A DNA stretch of 64,000 nucleotides from Trueperaceae bacterium (GCA_965214405.1 OZ243956.1:1-64000); one strand, 5' to 3'. Positions 19,831 to 30,890 are shown, counted from the stretch's first letter. The notes: a model not told the origin generated them from the letters alone. Program-made: numbers and translations.

Positions 19831-21084
19831 GTGAGTCCTCCAGATCTAAAAGTAACAACTACCCCGGTAGCTACCGACGTTGGGCAAACTGACCTGGTTG
19901 TCCAACGTGACGCCCTCAAGGCATGGCTCGAGCTCTCCCACGCCGAACGAAAACTCGCAGCCGCGCAGGCACTTGGCGCCAAAGATAAGGACGCGCTCTG
20001 GAGCTTGACCGAAGCCTACCTAAAAAAAGAAGGACAAAAAGGTAGCAGCGTGAGCCGCCTGACGCTGCGCGCCTACCGCTTCGCGCTCTTTTCACTGTTA
20101 GACGCTCTGTCGGGCGAATCGCTGCTCAAGCTGGGTCCCGACGAGGTCAAACTCTACGTCCGAGAACTCGAGGCGGGCGCGCGCGACCCAACCAACCCCA
20201 ACGCCTTTTTGGTCGCACCGCTCAAGGAGAGCACGGTTCTAAAACGCGTGGCGGTGGGCAAACACTTTTACGAGGCGCTGCGTTGGTGCGGGCTCTACCA
20301 CGAGGCCAATCCCTTTGACCGCGCGGGCGTCACCGCCGACACGAAGCGCGCCGAGGACAAGCGGGAGGCGTACACCTTAGAGGACGTGGTGGCGCTTTTT
20401 CGCAAGGCGGCAGCGGCGGACGACACCACGGACCTGCTTATCATCCTCCTGACCGTGCTCGCGGGGCTGCGGGCAAGCGAGACGCTCGCCCTGAGCTGGC
20501 CCGCGCTGAGGCTCGAGGAGGGTCTGATCGAACTCCGTGGCAAGGGCAACAAGCCGCGCTTCGCGCCGCTCGCGGACCTGCTCGTTGTGGTCCTCAAGGA
20601 GCACGCACGTCGGCGTGAGGACGCGCACCCGCTCGTGCTGGTGCGCGCCTACCGCGGGCTAGGCCCCTTTACCGACGCAGGGTTGCGCTACCGCATCGAC
20701 GGGCTCTGCAAGGAGACTTTTGGCGGCACCGACCCGCGGACGGGCAAGGGCCGCGGCTACCGGGCGCTTCACTCGTTTCGGCATACCTTTGGCAGTGAGA
20801 TGCACAAGGTGTTGCCGCTCTTTACGCTCTCGCGGATTCTCGGACATACCGACATTAAAACCACCGCCATCTACGGCCTCACCTCCTCCAAGGCGGCGGC
20901 GGAACAGGCTTTGGGCAAGGCGCGGCAGAAGCGAGCACTCGAGGCGCAACTCTTGTCCGAGCGAGACGAGGGCGTCAACGCGCTGGGCCGCCTTCTTTTC
21001 TCCAGCCTGAACGAGGCCCACAGGAGCGTCTGGCAAAGCAGGGCGGACCGCCTCTCCCCCGGCCTCAGTTTAGCGGGTGACTGA
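19831..21084 (+). CDS. Tyrosine recombinase/integrase
   Basis: Full catalytic set: GLRASE (R), GKGNK (K), LHSFRH (HxxR), LGHTDIKTTAIY (H, Y); N-terminal SAM-like region. Confidence 0.92.
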   Translation: MSPPDLKVTTTPVATDVGQTDLVVQRDALKAWLELSHAERKLAAAQALGAKDKDALWSLTEAYLKKEGQKGSSVSRLTLRAYRFALFSLLDALSGESLLKLGPDEVKLYVRELEAGARDPTNPNAFLVAPLKESTVLKRVAVGKHFYEALRWCGLYHEANPFDRAGVTADTKRAEDKREAYTLEDVVALFRKAAAADDTTDLLIILLTVLAGLRASETLALSWPALRLEEGLIELRGKGNKPRFAPLADLLVVVLKEHARRREDAHPLVLVRAYRGLGPFTDAGLRYRIDGLCKETFGGTDPRTGKGRGYRALHSFRHTFGSEMHKVLPLFTLSRILGHTDIKTTAIYGLTSSKAAAEQALGKARQKRALEAQLLSERDEGVNALGRLLFSSLNEAHRSVWQSRADRLSPGLSLAGD

Positions 21085-21412
21085 CGCCCCAGTTTAGCCG
21101 TTCGGCTATCACGAGGCGTGCCGGAAGGAGAGTCAAAAGCCAAAGGACGTGTGTTGCCTATTTTAGTCTCTGCTCTTTGCTTCTAATTACTTCTAGTTTG
21201 GGAATCCTGTTATTTTTTCAGGTAGATAATTAGTCTTCTGTTTCACGATTTGCTTTCATCATCGGCAAAGCTCATCACAGGGTCACATAGAGCCGTATCC
21301 GGCTACTCTCTTCCACCCTAGGCTCTCTATGCTTATGAGAGTTAATAAACCGACTGTGCCCACGCGCTCACGGTCGCCTCGTGATACGATGGGGTCATCC
21401 AGGGAGGTGAGG

Positions 21413-22192
21413 GTGCAAGACACGCTGTTAGACGAGCTTGTGACGCTCGCTCACGCGTTGGGCCTCGAGTCGCGCGCTTTGGCCATTTTGGGTGAGGGCA
21501 ACGTGAGCGTTAAAGTCGGTGACGACACCTTTTTGGTCAAGGCGTCGGGAAGCTCTTTGGGCGCGCTTGGCGCGGGAGATGTGAGCCGGGTGCGGCTGGG
21601 CGCGGTGCTGGCGGGGCTCGAGCGCCCCGCGATGAGCGAGGAGGAGGTCGAAACGTTTCTCAGAGATTCGCTCGCCGACCCCGGTCATAAAAAGCCCTCG
21701 GTCGAAACGTTTCTGCACGCGCTTTGCCTTACCGAGGGCGGGGCGTTGTGGGTAGGTCACACGCACACGGTCTCGGTCAACGGGATTCTCTGTAGCCAGC
21801 GGGGTGCCGAGCCCTTTCGCAAGCACATCTTCCCCGACGCGGTCGTCGTCTGCGGGCGCGCGCCCGCGGTCGTGCCTTACCTTGACCCCGGCTTCGCGCT
21901 CGCCAAGGGAGTCCAACAGGAGCTGCGGCGCTACAAAGAGGCGTACGGCCGAGCGCCCAAACTTTTGCTCATGGAAAACCACGGCCCCGTCGCGCTCGCC
22001 CAGAGCGCTAAGGAAGTCTTTAACATCATGCTGATGGCGGACAAGTGGGCCAAAACGCTTTTAGAAACCTTTTCCGCAGGCGGGCCGCGATACCTTTCCG
22101 CCGAAGACACCCTGCACATCGACAACCGCTTGGACGAGCACTACCGCCGCAGAGAACTTACACGTGAACTCACTCGAGAACCCAGCAGGTGA
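21413..22192 (+). CDS. Class II aldolase/adducin family protein (rhamnulose-1-phosphate aldolase-like)
   Basis: [35 protein letters not shown] before GTG 21413. Confidence 0.85.
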   Translation: MQDTLLDELVTLAHALGLESRALAILGEGNVSVKVGDDTFLVKASGSSLGALGAGDVSRVRLGAVLAGLERPAMSEEEVETFLRDSLADPGHKKPSVETFLHALCLTEGGALWVGHTHTVSVNGILCSQRGAEPFRKHIFPDAVVVCGRAPAVVPYLDPGFALAKGVQQELRRYKEAYGRAPKLLLMENHGPVALAQSAKEVFNIMLMADKWAKTLLETFSAGGPRYLSAEDTLHIDNRLDEHYRRRELTRELTREPSR

Positions 22193-23739
22193 GCGCGACA
22201 CCCGAGGATCATCCCAAGTTTGATCATGTAGTCAACCATGCAGCCGACACCGGCAGCGTGGTCAACTTTGTGGCGGTCGATTTAGGCGCCTCGAGCGGCC
22301 GCGTCGTGCGGGGGGAGTGGGACGGCTCGAGCTTTGCGCTTCATGAACTCCACCGCTTTGACAACGGTCCCGTAAACGTATTAGGCGGGCTTTACTGGGA
22401 CGTGCTGGGGCTATGGCGAGAGCTAAAAACGGGGTTGCGGGCGTACGCCGAGAGCGCCGACGCGCCCTTGGCGGGCGTGAGCGTGAACACCTGGGGGGTC
22501 GACTACGCGCTGCTGGGGGCGTCGGGGGAGCTGCTGGGCAATCCGCATCACTACCGCGACAGCCGCACGGACGGCGTGGTCGCGCGCGCGTTCGAGCGGG
22601 TGCCAAAAGAAGAGCTTTATGCGCGAACCGGGATTCAGGTTATGCAGATCAACACCATGTTTCAGCTTCTCAGCAGCGTGGACGCAGGTTTGGAGTTGGG
22701 GCGCGCGCACACCCTCCTGATGATGCCCGACCTTTTTCACTACTGGCTGACGGGGCTAAAAAGCGTGAAATATACAGTGGAATATACAAACGCCACGACG
22801 AGCGGCCTCGTCGACGCGCGGGAAGGGCGGTGGGCGGTGGATGTGTTGGAGAGACTGGGGATTCCCGCCCACATCTTCCCCAACATCATCCCCCCCGGAA
22901 CCGTCTTGGGCACGCTCCGACCCGAGGTGCTGAGCGAGGTCGGGCTTGACGGCCCCGTTTCCGTTATCGCCACCGGGGGTCACGACACCGCGAGCGCCGT
23001 CGCGGCGGTGCCCGACTTGGACGAGAGGAGCGCTTTTCTAAGCTCCGGCACCTGGAGCTTGCTGGGTACCGAGGTGCGCGAGCCGGTCTTGAGCGAGGAG
23101 GCCTTACGGCTCAACGTCACCAACGAGGGCGGCGTGGGGGGCACCATCCGCCTTTTGAAAAATGTGGCGGGGCTGTGGCTGCTCCAGGAAAGCCGCCGCG
23201 CGTGGGCGCGCGAGGGGCAAGCCTACACCTGGGAGGACTTGGCACGTCTGGCCGAGGCCGCTAAACCCTTTCGCAGCCTCGTCAACCCGGACGCACCGGA
23301 CTTCTTGAACCCCAGCGACATGCGCGCGGCGGTGCGCGCCTTTTGCCGCCGCACGGGGCAGCTCGAGCCCGAAAGCGTGGGCGAGACCGTTCGCTGCCTC
23401 CTAGAAAGCCTTGCGCTGCGCTACCGCTGGGTGGTGGAGGCGTTGGAGGAGCTCACCGACCGCGAGTTGACGACCATCCGCGTGGTGGGGGGCGGCGCGC
23501 AGAACGCGCTCCTCAACCAGTTCACCGCCGACGCCTGCGGGCGCGTCGTCGTCGCCGGACCCGTCGAGGCGACCGCGCTGGGCAACCTCATGATGCAGGC
23601 TGTGGCGACGGGGCACCTGCCGGATGTGGCGGCGGGACGCCGCGCGGTCGCTAAGTCGGCGCAAAGAACGCGCTATGAGCCCTCCTCGAGCGGCGCGTGG
23701 GAAGAGGCGTACACGCGGTTCAAGGGTCTGTTGGACTGA
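22189..23739 (+). CDS. rhaB: Rhamnulokinase-family (FGGY) sugar kinase
   Basis: [53 protein letters not shown]. Confidence 0.8.
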   Translation: MSATPEDHPKFDHVVNHAADTGSVVNFVAVDLGASSGRVVRGEWDGSSFALHELHRFDNGPVNVLGGLYWDVLGLWRELKTGLRAYAESADAPLAGVSVNTWGVDYALLGASGELLGNPHHYRDSRTDGVVARAFERVPKEELYARTGIQVMQINTMFQLLSSVDAGLELGRAHTLLMMPDLFHYWLTGLKSVKYTVEYTNATTSGLVDAREGRWAVDVLERLGIPAHIFPNIIPPGTVLGTLRPEVLSEVGLDGPVSVIATGGHDTASAVAAVPDLDERSAFLSSGTWSLLGTEVREPVLSEEALRLNVTNEGGVGGTIRLLKNVAGLWLLQESRRAWAREGQAYTWEDLARLAEAAKPFRSLVNPDAPDFLNPSDMRAAVRAFCRRTGQLEPESVGETVRCLLESLALRYRWVVEALEELTDRELTTIRVVGGGAQNALLNQFTADACGRVVVAGPVEATALGNLMMQAVATGHLPDVAAGRRAVAKSAQRTRYEPSSSGAWEEAYTRFKGLLD

Positions 23740-23934
23740 GGCGCGGGCACAGCCGCGCGCCTCTTTCCGGGTGTCCCGCCCCTTGTCGCGGTGCCGAACG
23801 GCTTGGAAACTACCGGGCTCGAGGGAGCGGCCCTGAACCGCGCGGCGAGAAAAGAAAGCTTTCAGCGCGCCTAAATCCGCACCGCCTCTTCACCTCCCAC
23901 AAAACTTTGGCACTCTTTCCGCAAACGAGCGATT

Positions 23935-24600
23935 TTATGAGTTCCTCTCGTCGGTACCAAAAAAGGCCTGCTCGAGCATTAAGCAGAGCGTGTGGTAGAT
24001 GGGCAAGTGGCGTTCTTGAATCTCGAAAACTTCTGTAAAGGGCGCGCAGATGGTGACGTCGCATAACGCGCGCATCCGGCCGCCGCTTTGCCCGGTCAGG
24101 CCCAACGTGCCGAGTCCGAGCGCCTTGGCGACGCGGAGCGCGTTGAGGACGTTTTCAGCGTCACCCGAGGTGCTGATGCCGAAGAGCACGTCATTGGGGC
24201 GTCCGTAGCCGTAGACCTGTTGGGCGTAAACCATATCCGCCGCCACGTCGTTTGCGAAGGCGGTAAAAAGCGCGCTCTGACTCACGAGCGAGAGGGCGGG
24301 CAGCGCGCCCTGGAGGTGCTCGGCCAGGTAGGGACCGTCTTCGGGAAACGCGTTGACGAATTTTTGTCTGTCCTCGTCAGGTAGGGGGCGTTTGAGCTTA
24401 AAGCCTTTCATCAGCTCCCCGACCATGTGTTCACTATCGGCGGCGCTCCCGCCGTTGCCGCAGATGAGCAGCTTGCCGCCTTGCGAGAAACTGTCTCGCA
24501 ACCTTTCAAAGGCGCGCGCGATATCGGGCAAGCAGGAACGTAAGTCGGGATAACGCTCGCCAAGTTCAAGAAGGGGTGAAGGCTCGAGCCTGGGATTCAC
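23935..24600 (-). CDS. SIS-domain phosphosugar isomerase (GmhA-like)
   Basis: CGNGGSAADSEH..GELMKGF, ISTSG, IQERHL. Confidence 0.85.
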   Translation of the reverse strand: MNPRLEPSPLLELGERYPDLRSCLPDIARAFERLRDSFSQGGKLLICGNGGSAADSEHMVGELMKGFKLKRPLPDEDRQKFVNAFPEDGPYLAEHLQGALPALSLVSQSALFTAFANDVAADMVYAQQVYGYGRPNDVLFGISTSGDAENVLNALRVAKALGLGTLGLTGQSGGRMRALCDVTICAPFTEVFEIQERHLPIYHTLCLMLEQAFFGTDERNS

Positions 24601-24671
24601 GGGCTAGCGCCTCGAGGTGAGCGACAGCTTTTTCTCAGAACCTTTTCTCGCCATCACCCTTCCAGCTCCCG

Positions 24672-27137
24672 TCACCCGTCCGCCCACTCGAGCAAGTTCA
24701 CTTCGCTCACCCCTTCGTCCGTCTCCAGGGGGATGCGAAAGGTTTTGATTTCGCAAGGGCCGAAATCCGCCCCGAAGTGGCAGCCCAGAAAGGGCAGGGC
24801 GATCATCACCCTGGTCGCCTTGTTACTCGTCTCAACGAGCCGCAAGATGAACGCGTCGCCCCTTTCAGACCGCTTGAGAACCGTGGCGGTGACGCTGCTT
24901 TTTACGCCGTCGGCGTTGTCACCAGCCTCGCCGTAAAGCTTGAAAAAAGACGCGCTTTGGGGCAAAAAGCCCTCGTGAAAGGTGCTGATGAGCGCGACGG
25001 GTTCTTGGTTGAGTTCCGCCGCCCGCTTGACGGTTTCGGCTTCCGCCCAGTCGCCCGCGTGGGGCAGCAGGCTGTAACGAAAGGTTTGAAGCCCCTGGTC
25101 AATGTAGCTATAGTGCCCGTCCTCTACGGGAACGGTCGGGTCGTGGTGCGCGTAGATGGGGCTCCGCAAAACGGTCATGCCGATATCGCGGACGTTGACG
25201 TCGAACGAATACTTACCGTCGTTGAGGAGACTGAAACCGTAGGGTTGGTCGCCCTGCGAGGTGCCCGACACGTCCACCCAACTCTGGCCGGGTTCTTCCT
25301 CACCGTTGGCGACGCGCTCGAGGTGCCCATAAGGTATTTCAAACGTGGCGCGCGCGGCGTCGACGTTGACGGGGAAGCGGAGTTTGAGCGCTCTACGCTG
25401 CTCTTGCCAGTTGACCGTGGCCTTGACGTCAATTTGGCGCGACCCCGGATACATCGTGAAATCTTGTGTCAACGTTGAGGCCCCGTAAGCGCTCGACACG
25501 CGGATGACGCTCTTGACAGGACCGTGTTCGACCAGTTTGATGTGGCGGGCGGTAAATTCCCCCACAACTTTATCAAAGGCGAACACGTCGTGCGACCAGG
25601 TGTCGCTGGTGTCCTCGATCACCACAGCCCTGGCCGCTGGCCCGTCAAAAACGTTCGCCCCGTGCTCCTTGTCGCGCAGGTTGAGACAGCCCGTTTGGGG
25701 GTCGAACTCGAGCCTTAACCGCTCATTTTCCAACACCAGGTCGTCGGCTTTGACGGTAGTCTGGGGGCTTTCTAAGTCTTCACGAGGTGCCAGACGGTAG
25801 GTGCGGTAGCCCAGCTCGGGCAGGTCGGCCATAAAGGTCAAGGCTTGCCGTCCAAAGGCGGTGGACCCCGACTGCACCCCCTGCACCGGCACCACCCGGT
25901 CTTCGTCATCGAGCAGCACGGTGCCTTCTTCGGCGCGCCACATCTCGACCTCGACGGGCGCTCTCACCGGCCACATGTGAGGGTTGAAGACCACGAGGGG
26001 CGTTACGCCCTTCTCTTCGGGAATGTTGATACGCCAGGCGAACGCCTGGGTGGCGTAGTTGAGCGCGCGCGCCCCGATCGCCATCGCCTCGCCGTAGAGG
26101 TCTCGAGCGTCGTCGTAGGCGGTTTCTAAACTCGTGCCCGCCAGAATGTCATGAAACTGGTTGAACAAGACCCCTTTCCAGGCGTGCGCTAAGTCGGTCG
26201 GGTAGGGCTGCTCGAGGACCTCGGACGCCACCGCCGACCACTTCTCGGCAACCAGAAGCAAAGTTTCGGCCTTGCGGTTCCAGCGTTTGACGCCCGAGTG
26301 CGCCGCGTAACAGCCGCTCGCGTGGTGCTGCATCTCGTCGTGAACAACGGGCAGCGTCCAGCCTCGCTCACGAACCGCGGCAAAGTAGCGTTCGGGCGTG
26401 CTGAAAACGAGCTGCGGCAGGTCGGGCTCGCCCTGCAAGCGTTCGATACTGTTGATGTTCTCCCTTGTCGGCCCGCCGCCGTGGTTGCCGACGCCGTAAA
26501 AGCACATGAGTTCGTCCACGGGTTGGAGCCCCTCTTCGGCGCAGCGGCGCACGTGAGGTTCTAGATCCGCGCCCCAGGTGCAGTAGGTAAAGGGAATCTG
26601 GTAGGTCAAGACCGAAGAGCCGTCGTCCGATTCCCACCAAAAAAGCCGCCCCGGCAACGCTTTCTCGTGCGGACCCGGCCGCATAAAGACGTACGAGTCG
26701 AGCCCGCTCTTTTTTAAGAGCTGCGGCAGCATGGCGTGGTGCCCGAACGAGTCGACGTTGTAGCCGACCGTGGCCGTTCGCCCGAACTTTTCCTTAAAGT
26801 AGTGCTGACCGTAGAGCGCCTGCCGCACGAACGACTCGCCGCCGGGGATGTTGCAGTCGGGCTGCAACCACCAGCCGCCCACAATCTCCCAGCGGCCCTC
26901 GGCGACTCGAGCCTTGATTTCCTCAAACATCGCCGGGTCGCTCCGCTCCACCCACTCGTAGAAAACGGCGGAGCTCGAGACAAATAGAAAGTCCTCGTAT
27001 TCGTTCATCCGGTCTAAGGCCGAGCGGAACGAGGCCTTGACTTCGTGAAAGCCTTCTTGCCAGCGCCAGAGCCACACCGGGTCGATGTGGGCGTTGCCGA
27101 TCATGTGGAGGGTTTGGGTTTTTGTGGCTGTGGTCAT
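24672..27137 (-). CDS. Glycoside hydrolase family 38 (alpha-mannosidase-like)
   Basis: GNAHIDPVWLW, GGWWLQPDCN..GES..RQ, DSFGH, YGVGNHGGG, NQFHDILAG. Confidence 0.9.
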   Translation of the reverse strand: MTTATKTQTLHMIGNAHIDPVWLWRWQEGFHEVKASFRSALDRMNEYEDFLFVSSSAVFYEWVERSDPAMFEEIKARVAEGRWEIVGGWWLQPDCNIPGGESFVRQALYGQHYFKEKFGRTATVGYNVDSFGHHAMLPQLLKKSGLDSYVFMRPGPHEKALPGRLFWWESDDGSSVLTYQIPFTYCTWGADLEPHVRRCAEEGLQPVDELMCFYGVGNHGGGPTRENINSIERLQGEPDLPQLVFSTPERYFAAVRERGWTLPVVHDEMQHHASGCYAAHSGVKRWNRKAETLLLVAEKWSAVASEVLEQPYPTDLAHAWKGVLFNQFHDILAGTSLETAYDDARDLYGEAMAIGARALNYATQAFAWRINIPEEKGVTPLVVFNPHMWPVRAPVEVEMWRAEEGTVLLDDEDRVVPVQGVQSGSTAFGRQALTFMADLPELGYRTYRLAPREDLESPQTTVKADDLVLENERLRLEFDPQTGCLNLRDKEHGANVFDGPAARAVVIEDTSDTWSHDVFAFDKVVGEFTARHIKLVEHGPVKSVIRVSSAYGASTLTQDFTMYPGSRQIDVKATVNWQEQRRALKLRFPVNVDAARATFEIPYGHLERVANGEEEPGQSWVDVSGTSQGDQPYGFSLLNDGKYSFDVNVRDIGMTVLRSPIYAHHDPTVPVEDGHYSYIDQGLQTFRYSLLPHAGDWAEAETVKRAAELNQEPVALISTFHEGFLPQSASFFKLYGEAGDNADGVKSSVTATVLKRSERGDAFILRLVETSNKATRVMIALPFLGCHFGADFGPCEIKTFRIPLETDEGVSEVNLLEWADG

Positions 27138-27391
27138 CAGGTGGGGCCTCCGTGAGAATGAGAGGGGAGAATGAGGGGTAGGACGAAGTAAGAAGCAAGA
27201 AAATTCAGCTATAGCGGTTTTCATTGAGATTAAGCGAATTCAACGCCGGCATCCTCAAATCACATCCTAGACGGTGATACGCAAGCCGAAACTCGCTCGA
27301 ATCAGGGTGTTACCTGCTATAGGCAGCGCGCTTACACCTTTACAAGTTTACCCGGCTTCGGCACGCACCTCTCCCCTTTTCTCCCGCTCGT

Positions 27392-28276
27392 TCACCCCTT
27401 CAAGCCCGAGGTCGCAATACCCTCGATAAAGTAACGCTGACCGAGGAAAAAAATTAGAATCATCGGGACCGTCAAGATGACGGTCGCCGCCATGACGATT
27501 TCCCACTGCGACTCGCCGCCCTGCCCGAACTGGTCGAGGACGGCCTTGATGCCGCGCGGCATGGTAAAGAGCGCCGTGTCGTAAAGGTAGATGAGCGGCT
27601 TGATGAGGTCGGTCCAGCTCGCCTTGAACTCGAAAATAAACACGACGATTAAGGCCGTTTTGGTCAGCGGCATGGCGACGCGCCACCACAGCCCGAAAAA
27701 GCTCGCCCCGTCGATGCGCGCCGCCTCGAACAGGTCGCGCGGTAAGGACAGGTAGAACTGGCGCAGCAAAAAGATGTAAAAGGCGGAGCCGAACAAGTTG
27801 CCCGCCCAGAGCGGCACGAGCGTGTTGACAAAGCCCAGCCGGTCCCACACGAGAAAAACCGGAATCATGGTGACCGCCGTCGGCAGCATCATGGTTGCCA
27901 GCACCAGGCCGAAGAGCAGGTCGCGCCCGGGGAAGCGGAAGTTGGCAAAACCGAACGCGACGAGCGAACTGCTTACCGCCACCGTGACCGCCGCCAGCAC
28001 GCCCGTGATGAGGCTGTTTTTGAGCCAGGACAAAACGGGCGCGGCCTCCCAGACCCGCACGTAGTTCACCCAGGCGACGGGGTCGGGGATCCAGGCCGAG
28101 GAAAAAACCTCGGCGCGCGTTTTGAGCGAGGCGCTAACGAGCCACAAAAAGGGCGCGGTAAACAAGACCGTGCAGCCCACAAGGAGCGCCAGAAAGATGA
28201 CGCGCTCTAAGACCCTGCCCCCTCGAGCCGACCCCACCCGGCCACGCGTGGCGGCCTCCCCCTCGGCTAAAGCCAT
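27392..28276 (-). CDS. Carbohydrate ABC transporter permease (MalG-like)
   Basis: EAARIDGAS loop; TM helices. Confidence 0.92.
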   Translation of the reverse strand: MALAEGEAATRGRVGSARGGRVLERVIFLALLVGCTVLFTAPFLWLVSASLKTRAEVFSSAWIPDPVAWVNYVRVWEAAPVLSWLKNSLITGVLAAVTVAVSSSLVAFGFANFRFPGRDLLFGLVLATMMLPTAVTMIPVFLVWDRLGFVNTLVPLWAGNLFGSAFYIFLLRQFYLSLPRDLFEAARIDGASFFGLWWRVAMPLTKTALIVVFIFEFKASWTDLIKPLIYLYDTALFTMPRGIKAVLDQFGQGGESQWEIVMAATVILTVPMILIFFLGQRYFIEGIATSGLKG

Positions 28277-28277
28277 C

Positions 28278-29225
28278 TCATCTCCCCTCGTAATAAACCC
28301 AGCGCTTACTGATTTGCAACTGGATAAGCGTCAGGATCAAAATGATGACGAAGAGCAGCCAGGCCATCGCCGAGGCGTAGCCCATGTGCAAAAACTCAAA
28401 AGCTTGGCGGAAAAGGTAAATCACGTAAAAAAGCGCCGCGCTGCTGCCCGCGCTCGACTGCATCTTGCCGAAAAACATGGTGTAGACCTCGGCAAAAATT
28501 TGCAGGGAGTAGATGGTGTTGACGACCAGCGTAAAAAACACCGCGCCGCTGATCAGCGGCAGGGTGACGCTGCGAAACTCTTGCCAGGCGTTGGCCCCCT
28601 CGATCCTCGCCGCCTCGTAGAGGGTTTTAGGCACGTTGCTTAGAGCGGCGTAATAGATAATCACGGTACCGCCCACGCTCCACAAGCTCATCAGCACCAG
28701 CCCCGGTTTGACCCAGGTGGGGTCGGTCGTCCAGCCGGGTCCCGCGACGCCGAAGAACTCTAAGCCGCGGTTGATAAGCCCGATGCGGGGGTTTAAGAGC
28801 CACAGCCACAAGGCCCCCACCGCCACGGCGGGCGTCATGGAGGGCAGGTAGAAGATGGTCCTAAAAAAGTCCGCCGCCCGCTTTACGCGGTTTAACAGCA
28901 AGGCGAGGGCGAGCGCGACAACGGTCGTCAAGGGAACGTAGAGCGCCGCGTAAAAAAACGAGTTCCACAAGCTGAGCCGTAGCCGCGGGTCTTCAAACAG
29001 TTCGCGGTAGTTTTCGAGCCCAATCCACTTGGGCGGGTTGAGCACGTCGTACTGGGTAAACGAGAGCCACAGGCTGGCGAGCATGGGACCCGCGGTGAAA
29101 ACGAGGAAGCCGATAATCCAGGGCGAGATAAAGGCGAGTCCGGCGAGCGTTTCGGCTCGAGCCAGCCGACCCCGACGGGCTAAACGTCGGGGCTGGCTGG
29201 CGCTACCTCTCTCTGCTGAGGCCAT
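28278..29225 (-). CDS. Carbohydrate ABC transporter permease (MalF-like)
   Basis: LYEAARIEGA; MGYASAMAW. Confidence 0.92.
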   Translation of the reverse strand: MASAERGSASQPRRLARRGRLARAETLAGLAFISPWIIGFLVFTAGPMLASLWLSFTQYDVLNPPKWIGLENYRELFEDPRLRLSLWNSFFYAALYVPLTTVVALALALLLNRVKRAADFFRTIFYLPSMTPAVAVGALWLWLLNPRIGLINRGLEFFGVAGPGWTTDPTWVKPGLVLMSLWSVGGTVIIYYAALSNVPKTLYEAARIEGANAWQEFRSVTLPLISGAVFFTLVVNTIYSLQIFAEVYTMFFGKMQSSAGSSAALFYVIYLFRQAFEFLHMGYASAMAWLLFVIILILTLIQLQISKRWVYYEGR

Positions 29226-29231
29226 AGGACC

Positions 29232-30536
29232 TTACGGGTTCCAGGCCGCGTCGAGCGCCTCTTGCGCTTCCCCCTGCGCCTGGTCGAGCGCTTCCTGGGC
29301 ACTCTGCTCGCCGTTTAACACGCGGTTGACGGCGTCTTCCCAGGCTTGCCGGAACTCCGCGCCCGCCGGGTTGGAAGGAATCGAAAAGGCGCTGTCCTGC
29401 GTTTCTAAGATGACGTTGACGGCGTTGTCGAACGCCTCGTTGCCGCTGGGCTGAAAGATGGTACCGAAAATCTCGTCGTCGGCGAGCTTGTTGGCGGTGT
29501 AAACGCCCGTAAAGGTTTGCCCGTCGGCGGCGCGCTGGTCGGCGCGGGTTTGGGCCGCCGCCGCCCACGAGGCGGGGTCGGTCATCGTCTTCATAAAGGC
29601 GCAGGCCGCCTCGGGGTTTGCTGCGCCCTTAGGGATCGCCCAGGTGTTGCCCGTCGCAAAGGTGATGGGGTCGCCCTGCCGGTCGGTAAACGGCTTGACG
29701 GTGATGTTGACGTCGGGCGACACGTCGGCCAACACGTTGACGTACCACTGCTCCATCGGTTTCGCGCCCAACTGGTCGGCGGCGTACTCGTTAGCCGCCC
29801 CGAACGAGTCCCAGGTGTCGCGGAAGGCGGTGGCTTCTTGATTGCCCCCGGCAGCGTCTAAGAGACTCACGGTGTACTCGAGCGCCTCGACCGCCTCGGG
29901 ACTGTTGATCATGGCGGTACGACCGTCGTCCGATAAAAGCTGTCCCCCATTCGCCCTCACCCACAGCGGGAAAAAGCCGGGCAGTTTGGGGTCGAAGCCG
30001 ATGCGCTCGAGCTGACCATCCTCAACCTTGGTTAGCTGATCGTTGACTTCGGCCAAGCTCTCCCAGTCCGCCGTCGTAACGTCGTCGGGTGTGAGACCCG
30101 CTTCGTCCAACGCGTCGTTGTTGAGAATCAAGACGATGGTATTAAAAAACTCGGGAACGCCGTAAACCTGCTCATCGACGGTCACCTGATTCAAGGCCGT
30201 CTCGCGGTACTGGCTCAGGTCGATGTCAGCCACGCACTCGTCTAAGGGCACGATCGCGCCGCGCGTGGCGTAGGTGCTCAGGTCGTCGCGGTTGGTATAG
30301 ATGAGGTCGGGCGGATTGCCGCTCACCACGGCGGTGAGAAGTTGCTGCCGGTCCAAGCTGCCTTCGGACAGGTTCAACGTTACGTCGGGATACTGCGCCT
30401 TAAACTCGTCGACGCGCACGGTGGCGATCTCGTCGCCCAGGCCGAAACCCATGACGGAAAGCTCACCACTCACCCCGTCTTGAGCAAAACCCAGCGCCCC
30501 CATCAAAAACAAACTTAATACGGCGGTTCTTTTCAT
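29232..30536 (-). CDS. Carbohydrate ABC transporter substrate-binding protein
   Basis: Signal peptide; SGNPPDL, QVYGVP; SBP family 1 features; first gene of the operon. Confidence 0.9.
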   Translation of the reverse strand: MKRTAVLSLFLMGALGFAQDGVSGELSVMGFGLGDEIATVRVDEFKAQYPDVTLNLSEGSLDRQQLLTAVVSGNPPDLIYTNRDDLSTYATRGAIVPLDECVADIDLSQYRETALNQVTVDEQVYGVPEFFNTIVLILNNDALDEAGLTPDDVTTADWESLAEVNDQLTKVEDGQLERIGFDPKLPGFFPLWVRANGGQLLSDDGRTAMINSPEAVEALEYTVSLLDAAGGNQEATAFRDTWDSFGAANEYAADQLGAKPMEQWYVNVLADVSPDVNITVKPFTDRQGDPITFATGNTWAIPKGAANPEAACAFMKTMTDPASWAAAAQTRADQRAADGQTFTGVYTANKLADDEIFGTIFQPSGNEAFDNAVNVILETQDSAFSIPSNPAGAEFRQAWEDAVNRVLNGEQSAQEALDQAQGEAQEALDAAWNP

Positions 30537-30669
30537 GATTTCCCCTCCTACCTATCGCTTGATTAATTGTCTCGAGTCACTACCGGTTTGGCGCGCTCCG
30601 GTTCGGGGGTTCGCGTCAGGTGAAAAACCGGACCCTCCTCCCGTACGGATGCTCGGTCGTGGCTGGGTT

Positions 30670-30683
30670 TGTGAACGCTTACA
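30670..30683. promoter_or_regulatory. LacI-family/cre-like operator
   Basis: Near-palindrome TGTGAACGCTTACA in the SBP leader region. Confidence 0.5.
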
Positions 30684-30890
30684 TTTATGCTTACATTTAG
30701 CAGTGCCTCACCCCCTTTCCAAAAAACCGCGCCTACAACGTGGCCGAACGGCGAGTAGCAGAGAAGAACAGCGAGCTACCGGGCTTGCCCCCTGACACAA
30801 CGTTGAGTCCAGCTTATAAACACCCCGTAGTACACCCCGTAAAAAGAGTGAAAAGCGGCCGCTGCGGCGTGAGACTGGTAAGTGACCGTC

